24,983 nt of DNA, taken from the NCBI GenBank assembly GCA_903904095.1, contig CAIVBF010000017.1, positions 1 through 24,983 of the forward strand. Direction: 5' to 3'. The position numbers and the translations under genes were made by a program. The first letter of the stretch is position 1, and the number at the start of each line of letters is the position of its first letter. Below the pieces are notes generated by a model. It was not told the DNA's origin. It made no database searches and saw nothing but the letters and a program-made list of their open reading frames with translations. Shown piece after piece: positions 8,901-17,845 of this stretch. Source of the stretch: an uncultured bacterium. Lineage in GTDB: Bacteria; Patescibacteriota; Patescibacteriia; Patescibacteriales; UBA12465.

Positions 8901-9275
8901 GGCGGTAAAGCGCAATTCGGTGGACAGCGTTTCGGAGAAATGGAAGTTTGGGCTTTAGAGGGTTATGGTGCTTCGCACACATTACAAGAAATGTTAACTA
9001 TTAAATCGGATGATGTTCCAGGACGATCTAAGGCATATGAAGCAATTATTAAGGGTGAAGAAATTGAAAAATTAAATGTACCAGAATCTTTTAACGTTTT
9101 GATTCGTGAGCTTAAAGGATTAGGTTTAAATGTTGAATTATTAGGGACAGAGGACGGTAAGCCGGCTTCGGAAGTTGAAACAATGATTGACGAGGAATTA
9201 AAAAATGACGATAAGTACGCCATTGAAAAACCGGAAATTATTGTTGATTTAAATGAAGTTGAAAATAAAGAATAA
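5979..9275 (+). CDS. rpoB: DNA-directed RNA polymerase subunit beta
   Basis: GTFIINGIERVVVSQL, SQLSQFMDQTNPL, HYGRICP, LMGTNMQRQA, GFNYEDA, GRHGNKG, SRMNLGQ, GGQRFGEMEVWALE. Compact 1098-aa form. Confidence 0.99.
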   Translation: MSKRKSLSELSEVMPMPDLIEIQKDSYSWFLKEGLEELFDEINPVTDFIGRDLELYFEDYYLDEPKFSEIESREKNITYEAPLRVKTRLLNKKNNHALNQEIFLGDFPVMTEKGTFIINGIERVVVSQLIRSAGVMFTAEFVKGKKCYGAKIIPNRGAWLEIETDSNKVIWIRIDRKRKVAATSLLRAFGYETDEELKKLFADVDLVKSKDEKTFLEATIEKDAAKNEAEGLQEVYRRIRPGDLASVDNARQLIHSMFFRFDRYDFGRVGRYKLNRRFSLDLSATKKENRILRREDLVLIIKEVIRLNITKEPEDDIDHLGNRRIRAIGGLIQNRFRVGLARMERIIKDRMSTSELTSITPSKLVNARPVIGVIREFFMSSQLSQFMDQTNPLAELEHKRRLSAMGPGGLTRERAGFDVRDVHTTHYGRICPIATPEGPNIGLVGHLASYARLNSYGFLETPYRKVAHEKKGSRVTDEIVYLDAFEEEKFITVDATIPMDKDGYFLVTKYQGRKYGQPGLEDITKVDFVGVAANQIISVATSLIPFMEHNDGQRSLMGTNMQRQAIPLIKSESPIVGTGVEERAARDSGHVVIANEDGIITKVDAGMIELTTKKGEIITYNLNKFLRSNSSTCINQHPVVDLDQKVKKGDILSDGPAIDNGELSLGRNVLVAFMTWEGFNYEDAVIISERLVKEDVYSSIHIENYTIDVRDTKLGPELITNDIPNISEEKLKNLDEEGIIRIGAEVSSGDILVGKITPKGETTLSAEEKLLRAIFGEKAKDVRDSSLYLEHGEHGKVVDIKIFSREDGDKLSAGVLKSIQIAVANLRKIQVGDKVSGRHGNKGVISRVVPIEDMPYMADGTPIDVILSPLGIISRMNLGQLLETHLGFAAHKLGYKVMSPALNGISENQIKEELVKAGLPEDGKVSLYDGKTGNTYDHKITVGYKYVLKLNHMVEDKIHQRSIGPYSLITQQPLGGKAQFGGQRFGEMEVWALEGYGASHTLQEMLTIKSDDVPGRSKAYEAIIKGEEIEKLNVPESFNVLIRELKGLGLNVELLGTEDGKPASEVETMIDEELKNDDKYAIEKPEIIVDLNEVENKE

Positions 9276-9330
9276 TAATCAAATTTAAAAAATCCTTAAT
9301 TAGTAATTTTAATTTTGCTCCCATAAATAT

Positions 9331-12300
9331 ATGTTAAACCCTATAAAAACTAGTGATTTCAGTGCGATCCGTTTAAAGCTTGCCTCGCCTGAAGAAATAA
9401 CTAATTGGTCGCACGGCGAAGTGACTCGTCCGGAAACAATTAATTACAGAACTCAGAAACCGGAAAAGGACGGTCTATTCTGTGAAAAGATTTTTGGTCC
9501 GACTAAAGACTGGGAATGTGCTTGCGGCAAATATAAAAAAATTCGCTACAAGGGAATTGTTTGTGACAAATGCGGCGTTGAAGTAACCCGCAGTGTTGTT
9601 CGCCGCGAAAGACTGGGTCATATTACCATGCAAGTTCCTTGTACTCATATCTGGTTTTTAAGAGGTTTATCATCTAAGATCGGCTTACTTTTAAATTTAG
9701 GAATCCAGTCTTTAGAAAAAGTTATTTATTACGCTAGTTTTATTGTTATTGATGTTGATGAGTCTTTGAAGGAAGCAACTATTGAACAAATCAAGCAGGA
9801 ATATAAAGGAAAAGTTAAAAGTATTGAGAATGATTTTAATAATCAGATTAAAAAGATAAAAGAAGTCGGTGGCAAAGAAGAAGAGAGTGCTATTAAAGAA
9901 GAAATGAAGGCCAAGGCTGTCCGCACTGAACGTCTTGAAGAAGATTTTGCGACTGCCCAGAAAGAATTAAAAGATTTAAAACCGCTTTTAATTTTATCCG
10001 AACAACAATATCAGAATTTAAGTTTAAAGTTCGGCCATATTTTTGAAGCTTCTATTGGTGCCGAGGCAATTCGCAAACTTCTTTCTAAAATTAATTTAGA
10101 AAAGAGTATTAAAAATTTAGAAGAAAAATTAGAAGGAGCGATTGATTCTAAAAAAGAAAAATTAATTAAGCGTTTAAAATTATTAAAGAGTTTTCGTAAT
10201 AACGATTTACGTCCGGAATGGATGATTATGACTGTTTTACCAGTTGTTCCACCGGATTTAAGACCGATGGTTGCTCTTGATGGCGGTCGCTTTGCTGCCT
10301 CCGATTTAAATGATTTATATCGTCGGGTTATCAACCGTAATAATCGCTTAAAGCAATTAGTTGATTTAAATGCACCGGAAGTTATCTGCCGTAACGAGAA
10401 AAGAATGTTGCAGGAAGCAGTTGATGCTTTAATTGATAACTCCGCTCGCCACACAAAAACGGTTACCGCTTCAACTGGTCAGAAGAGACAATTAAAATCA
10501 TTAGCGGATACTTTAAAGGGTAAACAGGGCCGTTTCCGTCAGAACTTATTAGGTAAGCGTGTTGATTATTCTGGTCGTTCGGTTATCGTTGTTAATCCAA
10601 CTCTAAATCTAGACCAATGTGGTTTGCCTAAAATCATGGCGATTGAATTATTTAAACCATTTATTATTTCGCAATTAATCAAGAGAGAAATTGTTCATAA
10701 TGTTAGAAGTGCTTCTCGTTATATTGAAGCTGGGCATGATGAGGTCTTTGATATTTTAGAAGAGATTGTCCGTGAAGCTTATGTTTTATTAAATCGTGCT
10801 CCTACCTTGCATCGTTTAGGTATTCAAGCTTTTAGACCGATCTTAATTGAAGGTAAGGCTATCCAGATCCATCCTTTAGTCTGTACCGCTTTTAACGCCG
10901 ACTTTGATGGTGACCAAATGGCCGTTCATGTTCCTTTAACTAGAGAAGCTCGCAAAGAAGCGGAAGAGTTAATGCTTTCAACTCATAACTTGCTTAAACC
11001 GGCCACTGGCGAACCGATTGTTGTTCCGACTCAGGATATTGTCTGGGGTACATATTATATGACTTTAACCAGTAAAGAATATAATGATCAGACAAAAGAA
11101 AAAATGCATTATTTTTATAATGAAGATGAGGCTCGTTTAGCTTACGAAAGTAATTTTATTGATTTACATGAAGCGATTAATGTTAGATACGAAGGAGAGA
11201 TGATGAAGACAACCGTTGGCCGCTTAATTTTTAATTCACTGCTTCCGGAAAAATTACGTTTCTTTAATGATGTTGTCGGTAAGGGTAAATTAAAAGATTT
11301 AATTAGAGATTGTTTACGTATTTACGGCGAAGAAGAAACGGTTAAATTTATTGATAGTTTAAAAAATAAGAGTTTTGCTTTTATTACTAAATCCGGTCTA
11401 TCTTGGGGTTTCGGCGATTTACCGAGCCTGCCAGAAAAAGATCGTTTAATTGATGAAGCTAATGTTCGGGTTGATTTAATCCAAGAACAATACGAAGAAG
11501 GTCTTTTAACCGAAAGTGAACGTTACGCTAAAGTTATTGAAGAATGGACTAATACTAAAGATAAGATTGCTGACATTTGCCGAAAAGGTTTAACGGATAT
11601 TTTACCGGTTTATTCTATGATTGAGTCCGGTGCCCGTGGTTCATGGGCTCAGCCGGTTCAGATTTTAGGTATGAAAGGTTTAGTAGTTTCTCCGTCTGGG
11701 GCGATTATTGAATTACCGGTTAAAGGTAACTTCAAAGAAGGATTCAGTGTTCTTGAATATTTTATTTCTACTCATGGTGTACGTAAAGGTTTATCGGATA
11801 CGGCTTTAAGAACAGCTAACGCCGGTTACTTAACTCGTCGTCTAGTTGATGTATCGCAAGATATTATTGTTGCTGACGATGATTGCGGCGACACTGAAGG
11901 AGCGATTTTCTCAGTGGCGGAGGCGGCTAAAACCGGCGATGATTTCTTTAAGAAAATTATCGGTCGTTATTTAGCGAAAGATGTTAAAGATAAAAAAGAT
12001 AAACTTATTCTAGCGGCTGGTGAGATTTTAAATGAAGAAAACATTAAATTATTAAAAGCTAAAGAAGTGACTGAGGCCTGTGTTCGCTCTGTTCTAAGCT
12101 GTAAAATGCATAAAGGAATTTGTGCAAAATGTTATGGTTGGGATTTGGCTTACAACAAGGCGGTTAAGATCGGTTCAACGGTCGGGGTTATTGCTGCTCA
12201 GTCAATCGGTGAACCGGGAACACAGTTAACTATGAGAACCTTTAGAACGGGTGGTGTTGCCGGAGCTGATGATATTACTCAGGGTCTACCTCGTGTTGAA

Positions 12301-13257
12301 GAAATTTTTGAAGCTCGTTCGCCTAAGAAAAAAGCTTTGATTTCCGATGTTAATGGTCGGGTTAAAATTGAGTTTGCTCAGAAAACTATTAAAGATCAGG
12401 ACGGTAAAGATATCTTAGTTAACAATCCGCAAGCTAAAGTTTTAAGTGTTTATTATAAAGGCAAAGATGCTGATAAATATTATTTCTCAGAAAAGATTAA
12501 CGAGATTAAATTAAGCCAGGGAATAACGGCTAAGGATAAAAAGAAATTAGAAGTTAAAGTTCTTGTTAAAGAAGGCCAAGAAGTTCATAAGAATACTGAT
12601 TTATTTAGTGTTGGCGGCGAAACTGTTCAGGCCAAAACAGCCGGGACTGTTGCTCTAGCCGATAAATACATTAGTATTACTAAAGATGTTGAGAAAGTTA
12701 AAGAATTTGTTATTCTTCGCGGTACGATGATGCTTGTTAAAGATGGCGATATTGTTGAAAGAGGAACCCAATTAACCGAAGGAAGCCTTGATTTAAGAGA
12801 ATTATATAAGTTAAAGGGAAGATTAGAAACGCAAAAATATATTATTCGCGAAATTCAGTATGTTTATTCTTCTCAGGGGCAACCTTTAAATGATAAACAC
12901 GTTGAAATTATTGCTCGTCAGATGTTCTCTCGTTATTTAATTAAAGAAGCCGGCGATACAATTTTATTGCCGGGCGAAATGGTTGAAGATGAGGTTCTAG
13001 ATCAAGCGAATAAGAATGTTAAAAAATTAGCTAAAGCTGATAGACTGCTACTTGGTATTACTAAGGCGTCCCTAACAACCGATAGTTTCTTGTCAGCTGC
13101 TTCATTTCAAGAAACTTCCCGCGTTTTAATTGATGCGGCTGTTAATGGAAAGATTGATTATCTTGAGGGATTAAAGGAAAATGTTATCATTGGTTGCTTA
13201 ATTCCGGCCGGTACTGGTTACAAAGGAAAGAAGAAAAGAATTGATTATGGCAAATAA
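9331..13257 (+). CDS. rpoC: DNA-directed RNA polymerase subunit beta'
   Basis: Zn finger CACGKY...CDKC, GKRVDYSGRSVIV, LLNRAPTLHR, catalytic NADFDGDQM, GYLTRRLVDV, second Zn site, SAASFQET, GLKENVIIG. Confidence 0.99.
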   Translation: MLNPIKTSDFSAIRLKLASPEEITNWSHGEVTRPETINYRTQKPEKDGLFCEKIFGPTKDWECACGKYKKIRYKGIVCDKCGVEVTRSVVRRERLGHITMQVPCTHIWFLRGLSSKIGLLLNLGIQSLEKVIYYASFIVIDVDESLKEATIEQIKQEYKGKVKSIENDFNNQIKKIKEVGGKEEESAIKEEMKAKAVRTERLEEDFATAQKELKDLKPLLILSEQQYQNLSLKFGHIFEASIGAEAIRKLLSKINLEKSIKNLEEKLEGAIDSKKEKLIKRLKLLKSFRNNDLRPEWMIMTVLPVVPPDLRPMVALDGGRFAASDLNDLYRRVINRNNRLKQLVDLNAPEVICRNEKRMLQEAVDALIDNSARHTKTVTASTGQKRQLKSLADTLKGKQGRFRQNLLGKRVDYSGRSVIVVNPTLNLDQCGLPKIMAIELFKPFIISQLIKREIVHNVRSASRYIEAGHDEVFDILEEIVREAYVLLNRAPTLHRLGIQAFRPILIEGKAIQIHPLVCTAFNADFDGDQMAVHVPLTREARKEAEELMLSTHNLLKPATGEPIVVPTQDIVWGTYYMTLTSKEYNDQTKEKMHYFYNEDEARLAYESNFIDLHEAINVRYEGEMMKTTVGRLIFNSLLPEKLRFFNDVVGKGKLKDLIRDCLRIYGEEETVKFIDSLKNKSFAFITKSGLSWGFGDLPSLPEKDRLIDEANVRVDLIQEQYEEGLLTESERYAKVIEEWTNTKDKIADICRKGLTDILPVYSMIESGARGSWAQPVQILGMKGLVVSPSGAIIELPVKGNFKEGFSVLEYFISTHGVRKGLSDTALRTANAGYLTRRLVDVSQDIIVADDDCGDTEGAIFSVAEAAKTGDDFFKKIIGRYLAKDVKDKKDKLILAAGEILNEENIKLLKAKEVTEACVRSVLSCKMHKGICAKCYGWDLAYNKAVKIGSTVGVIAAQSIGEPGTQLTMRTFRTGGVAGADDITQGLPRVEEIFEARSPKKKALISDVNGRVKIEFAQKTIKDQDGKDILVNNPQAKVLSVYYKGKDADKYYFSEKINEIKLSQGITAKDKKKLEVKVLVKEGQEVHKNTDLFSVGGETVQAKTAGTVALADKYISITKDVEKVKEFVILRGTMMLVKDGDIVERGTQLTEGSLDLRELYKLKGRLETQKYIIREIQYVYSSQGQPLNDKHVEIIARQMFSRYLIKEAGDTILLPGEMVEDEVLDQANKNVKKLAKADRLLLGITKASLTTDSFLSAASFQETSRVLIDAAVNGKIDYLEGLKENVIIGCLIPAGTGYKGKKKRIDYGK

Positions 13258-13292
13258 GAGAATATTAGTCCCGTAATTGTCAAATTAACTAT

Positions 13293-13331
13293 AAAAAAGC
13301 CCCTTCTAAATCGTTTAGAGGGGCTTTTTTT
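13293..13331. terminator. Bidirectional intrinsic terminator ending rpoBC
   Basis: A6-GCCCC(T)TCTAAA-TCG-TTTAGAGGGGC-T7: an 11-bp core stem with one bulged T, flanked by A and T tracts. Confidence 0.9.
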
Positions 13332-13363
13332 ATTGCTAAAAATGAAGTAAAATATAGATATAT

Positions 13364-14875
13364 ATGTTTAAATCATTTTATCAGAAATGGTCATTTTTAT
13401 TTAAGCTCCGTTTATTTTTCGGAGTGCTTTTGTTAATTTTGATTTTAATATTTCTTTATTTAAAAATTGTTCCATTCGGCCATATTAGTTATGTCCGTTC
13501 TTACCCGGAATTTATCAAATCCGGTAAGGGATTTATTTATGGCTTTAGTCCGGCTGAGCGGATTGATTTAAAAAGCGGCGATTATCCGAAACTAATCGGC
13601 GACCCTGTTTATTTCTCTGTTTTTACACCGCGAACATTTGATACCGCTAAACTGACTATTAAATATAGAAGCCATTTAAGCTCACATGAGCCGATTATTG
13701 AAGCCGGTGTTTTGGCGGATAATATTGTTTGGAGTTACGATTTAAAGCCGCTACAGAATAAAATAATTGATTCTTTAAAAACGAATTGGTCGCGACTAGA
13801 AAATGGATCAAAAGTATTTTTGCAGAGGGACGGAAAATATAGTTCTTGGGCCGAGCTAGAAGGGGATTTGAATAAAGGGAGATTACAAAATTGTCCGGAA
13901 GGGATAAATTCATGCTTAGCAACCTATAATTATAAGGTTCCGTCGCATTATCAGCAGCCTAATTTAAACAATTCAATGCCTTTAGTTATTGAAACGCCGC
14001 TTCGCGGCGCCCATCAGCTTTATATTTATCTGAATAACCAGCCCTTTCATCTTGAGTTTAACTTTATTAATCTTCGCCAGGATAAAGCTGACGATCCTAT
14101 ATTAATTAATGTCTATGCGGTAAATGAAAATAATAAATTAATCAGTTCTAAGTATTTAGCCGATGATCAGAAAAAAACAGCTAGTTTAAATTCTGATTCG
14201 GAAATCAAAAAAATAATTATTGATGAGAAAAATTTAAGCAACGGCTTATATAAAGTTGAAATAAAAGTTAGGGACGATACGGTTATAAAAAAAATAAGCA
14301 GTTCAGTTGATAAGCTAGTCTTTATTAATAAGATTTGGCCTGTTTCAGCCGATATGCCCCTGAGTTTATGGACGGACTCTGATTATTTGCAGGCCAAGGT
14401 CTATAGTCCGGCTAGCCGCCAAACGATCAATTTTGCCGGCAAAGATTTTATTCTTGATGAGCCATATAAGCAATTTGATTTAATAGTTGATAATCCGCAA
14501 AGCGCTAAAGAGATAAAATTAAATAAAGATGATGTTATTTTAGAAAATAATGGTGTTTTTTCTTTCAGCAAGAGCAGTTTATTTAATCCGGATCCACATA
14601 AAATAGATCGTTTTTTCAAGATTGATGATAATATAAAATATATTATAGCCGATTATGAGGCGCCCCTGGATTACGTTGAAAATGGCTTTAAAACCAAGAC
14701 AATTTCTTTTAATACCAAGACGGCCTATCGTGAAAATAGTAAGTATAATTTCATGATTTCTATTCCCGGTCTTAATTCAAGCGCTTCCTCCTCCGATTAT
14801 TTAGAAATAAAAGAAATCCGTTTAGACTTTTCCGGCCGAACCTTGTGGCAGAAATTATTTAAGAAGAATATTTAA
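13364..14875 (+). CDS. Hypothetical membrane-anchored protein with large extracytoplasmic, probably beta-rich region
   Basis: 503-aa ORF; one hydrophobic segment (LFFGVLLLILILIFLYL) after a basic N-terminus; rest hydrophilic. No family recognised. Confidence 0.8.
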   Translation: MFKSFYQKWSFLFKLRLFFGVLLLILILIFLYLKIVPFGHISYVRSYPEFIKSGKGFIYGFSPAERIDLKSGDYPKLIGDPVYFSVFTPRTFDTAKLTIKYRSHLSSHEPIIEAGVLADNIVWSYDLKPLQNKIIDSLKTNWSRLENGSKVFLQRDGKYSSWAELEGDLNKGRLQNCPEGINSCLATYNYKVPSHYQQPNLNNSMPLVIETPLRGAHQLYIYLNNQPFHLEFNFINLRQDKADDPILINVYAVNENNKLISSKYLADDQKKTASLNSDSEIKKIIIDEKNLSNGLYKVEIKVRDDTVIKKISSSVDKLVFINKIWPVSADMPLSLWTDSDYLQAKVYSPASRQTINFAGKDFILDEPYKQFDLIVDNPQSAKEIKLNKDDVILENNGVFSFSKSSLFNPDPHKIDRFFKIDDNIKYIIADYEAPLDYVENGFKTKTISFNTKTAYRENSKYNFMISIPGLNSSASSSDYLEIKEIRLDFSGRTLWQKLFKKNI

Positions 14876-14877
14876 GT

Positions 14878-15117
14878 ATGGTAAAGATAAAGGATAAGAA
14901 TTTATTAGCCTTGAAGGGATTGCTCGGTGCCAGAATATTCTGGCGGGAACTTTTTTATTTTTTTAGTTCCTTGATGTTTGTTTTTATTATTCTAGAAATT
15001 ATTTGGCCAAATACTGTTTTAGCCTATTTTAATATAAATTATTTATTATTAGTTTGCTTAATAAACGCTGTCATTTTACTAATCGCCTTTGATTGTCAAA
15101 AGAATAGCGTTAAATAA
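14878..15117 (+). CDS. Small hypothetical membrane protein (2 TM)
   Basis: 79 aa with two hydrophobic stretches either side of WPN. Starts 2 nt after the upstream stop (TAAGTATG) and ends 4 nt before the next ATG. Confidence 0.75.
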   Translation: MVKIKDKNLLALKGLLGARIFWRELFYFFSSLMFVFIILEIIWPNTVLAYFNINYLLLVCLINAVILLIAFDCQKNSVK

Positions 15118-15121
15118 ATAT

Positions 15122-17104
15122 ATGTCATTACAAAAATTTTTTAAACCGAGCTCCGTGGCTGTTATTGGCGCATCTTCCGACAGGGCTAAAATCGGCCGGC
15201 AAGTTCTTGATAATATTATTTCCGGCGGTTTTAAGGGAACGATCTACCCGATTAATTTAAAAGAAAAAAATATCGCTGATTTAGAAACATATGCGGATTT
15301 AAAAGATCTACCGGCTAAAAATTTTGCCGATGTTTTAGTGGTAATTGCTATCCCGGCTAAATTTGTGGTAGCGGAGATTGAGAAATGTGCTATTCTAGGC
15401 ATTAAAAATATAATTGTTATTAGCGCCGGCTTTAAAGAGAGCAGCGCTGAGGGAAAAATTTTAGAAGATCAGCTTGTTAAAATTGCGGCCGATAATTCTC
15501 TTAATATTCTCGGTCCGAATTGTCTAGGCTTTATTAATACCTTAACCGATTTAAACGCTACTTTCGGGGCGGCTAAAAATCAAGATGGAAATATTGCGAT
15601 TTTATCCCAGTCTGGTGCGGTCGGCAGTGCGGTTCTAGACTGGTTAAAAAATAAGGATTTTAATTTAGGCTATTTTGTTAGTCTCGGTAATAAAGCAGTT
15701 TTAGATGAAAGCGACCTACTTGAATATTTAGCGACCGACGACAAAATTGATTTGATTATTTTATATTTAGAGGACGTTAAAGATGGGCAGAGGTTTATGT
15801 CGCTTGCTTCCAGAATAGTAAAAAATAAACCGATTGCTTATTTACATGCCGGCGAGAGCGAGATGGGAACAAAAATGGCCTCATCGCATTCCGGCGCTCT
15901 AGCAGGATCGGCCGCTTCTTTTAAAACCGGGATGGAAAGAGCGGGGGCAATTAAACTTAATGACCTAAGAGAATTATTTAATTTATTATTATTTGCTCCT
16001 AAGAATTGGCACAATACTAATAATAAAGATCTATATCTAATAACCAATGCCGGCGGTCCGGCCGTTCTAACAGCTGATGAAATTGGCCGTCAAAATGTTC
16101 CTTTCGGCGGCAGCCAGGATATCTTTGGCGATGCTAACGCTGCAGCCTATCAGACAGCGATTGATAAAACTTTAGCCAAAGATGGCGTTGATAATTTATT
16201 GGTATTATTAACACCGCAGACATCTACTCAGATTATAGAAACAGCGAACGCTATAATTAATGGTGCTAAAAAATATCCGAATAAATTAATTATGGCTAGT
16301 TTTATTGGTGGAGAAGCAGTCGCACCCGCCATAAAACTTTTAGCGGAGAATAATATCCCGGTTTTTGATTATCCTGAAGAAGCAGTTAGAAGTTACAAAA
16401 AATTAGTTACTTATAAAGAATTAGTAGAAACGTTAAAGCCTTATAATTTTATTACAAATTCTAATTCCGAAAAGATAACTAATATAAGTTATGCGAGTTC
16501 TTTTGCTTTGTTGAATCAATATAAGATTCCGATTGTTGATGTTGTGACTTACGCCAAAGAGAATATTGAAACATATAAATACCCGGCTGTTTTAAAGATT
16601 GTCGGGCCAGATTTTCTTCATAAAACCGATAAGGGCGGAGTAGTTGTTAATTTAAAAACTCCGGCCGATCTTTATTTGTCGGCGGATAAGATGAGCGCCG
16701 AGAATAAGGTCTCACTAAAAAATCCGGAAAATTATTTAGTTGTCCAAGAGCAGGCTTTTAAATTTCAAGAAATAATTTTAGGCTTTAAGAGGGATAATGT
16801 TTTTGGGCCGATAATGATGATTGGTTGGGGCGGAATTTATACGGAGATTTTAAAAGATTTTAAATTAGCGATTAGCGATATTAGTTTTGATAATGCTTTA
16901 GAGATTATTCAAGACCTTAAAATTTATAAAATTTTAAATGGCGCTCGCGGTCAGAAAAAATATGATATTAACGCTTTAGCTCAGGCGATTGTTAATGTTG
17001 CTAAACTTGCTAATGATCATCCGGAAATTTCCGAGCTTGATATTAATCCTTTGTTTGTTGAAGAAAACGGCGTTAAGGCCGGAGATGTTAGAATTATTTT
17101 GTAA
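15122..17104 (+). CDS. ADP-forming acyl-CoA synthetase (acetate-CoA ligase family), fused alpha-beta
   Basis: CoA-binding [30 protein letters not shown], phospho-His motif SSHSGALAG (His codon 15887-15889), TNAGG, ATP-grasp [35 protein letters not shown]. No GNAT domain. ATG 15122 preferred over 15089. Confidence 0.92.
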   Translation: MSLQKFFKPSSVAVIGASSDRAKIGRQVLDNIISGGFKGTIYPINLKEKNIADLETYADLKDLPAKNFADVLVVIAIPAKFVVAEIEKCAILGIKNIIVISAGFKESSAEGKILEDQLVKIAADNSLNILGPNCLGFINTLTDLNATFGAAKNQDGNIAILSQSGAVGSAVLDWLKNKDFNLGYFVSLGNKAVLDESDLLEYLATDDKIDLIILYLEDVKDGQRFMSLASRIVKNKPIAYLHAGESEMGTKMASSHSGALAGSAASFKTGMERAGAIKLNDLRELFNLLLFAPKNWHNTNNKDLYLITNAGGPAVLTADEIGRQNVPFGGSQDIFGDANAAAYQTAIDKTLAKDGVDNLLVLLTPQTSTQIIETANAIINGAKKYPNKLIMASFIGGEAVAPAIKLLAENNIPVFDYPEEAVRSYKKLVTYKELVETLKPYNFITNSNSEKITNISYASSFALLNQYKIPIVDVVTYAKENIETYKYPAVLKIVGPDFLHKTDKGGVVVNLKTPADLYLSADKMSAENKVSLKNPENYLVVQEQAFKFQEIILGFKRDNVFGPIMMIGWGGIYTEILKDFKLAISDISFDNALEIIQDLKIYKILNGARGQKKYDINALAQAIVNVAKLANDHPEISELDINPLFVEENGVKAGDVRIIL

Positions 17105-17106
17105 GT

Positions 17107-17829
17107 ATGTATAAATCTAAGAAAATTATTGTTGTCCTGCCGGCCTATAATGCCGCCTCAACTCTAGAGCGGACTATTAATGATTTACCGGAGATGGTTG
17201 ATCAAATAATTTTAGTTGATGATAAGAGCAATGATGAAACAGCGGCCTTGGCCCGAAGCCTGGGCTTAATGGTCTATGAGCACGATAAGAATAAGGGTTA
17301 TGGCGGCAATCAAAAGACCTGTTATCGTTTAGCTCTAGAACAGGGCGGCGATATTATCGTTATGATTCATCCGGATTATCAATACGACCCTAAGCTAGTT
17401 AAATATTTCGCGGAATTTATTGTTGATGATTATTTTGATGTCGTTCTCGGGACCAGAATTCGTTCGCGTCGTGAAACTTTGGCTGGCGGCATGCCTCGTT
17501 ATAAATATATTTCTAATAGAGTTCTGACAATTTTTGAGAATCTAATTAGCGGTCATAATTTATCGGAGTGGCATACCGGCATGCGTGCTTATACCAAGGA
17601 AGTTCTAGAACATATTAATTTTCAGAAAAATTCCGATGATTTTGTTTTTGATAGCCAGGTTTTATTTCAAGTCATTGCCAATAAATACAGAATCGGTGAA
17701 ATTCCCGTTCCGGTTCGCTATTTTAAGGAAGCATCATCAATTAATTTTAGAAGAAGCTTAAAATATGGATTAGGGACTGTCGGCGTAGCCTTAAAGTATT
17801 TCTTTAGCCCGAAAAGCTTTCGGTCCTAA
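17107..17829 (+). CDS. Glycosyltransferase family 2, Dpm1-like (polyprenol-phosphate sugar synthase type)
   Basis: [30 protein letters not shown] (DxD-like), VVLGTR, GMRAY, FVFDSQ, EIPVP; soluble, 240 aa. Confidence 0.9.
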   Translation: MYKSKKIIVVLPAYNAASTLERTINDLPEMVDQIILVDDKSNDETAALARSLGLMVYEHDKNKGYGGNQKTCYRLALEQGGDIIVMIHPDYQYDPKLVKYFAEFIVDDYFDVVLGTRIRSRRETLAGGMPRYKYISNRVLTIFENLISGHNLSEWHTGMRAYTKEVLEHINFQKNSDDFVFDSQVLFQVIANKYRIGEIPVPVRYFKEASSINFRRSLKYGLGTVGVALKYFFSPKSFRS

Positions 17830-17845
17830 TTAACAATGTTTGAGT

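Noticed and set aside
13695-13922. 75-aa alternative-frame + ORF inside the 503-aa gene
   Set aside because: Fully nested, no recognisable features, and its length is expected by chance.
14687-14721. 14-nt near-direct repeat TTTAAAACCAAGAC / TTTAATACCAAGAC (FKTKT/FNTKT)
   Set aside because: Two copies only, in-frame within a coding region; at most a trivial micro-duplication.
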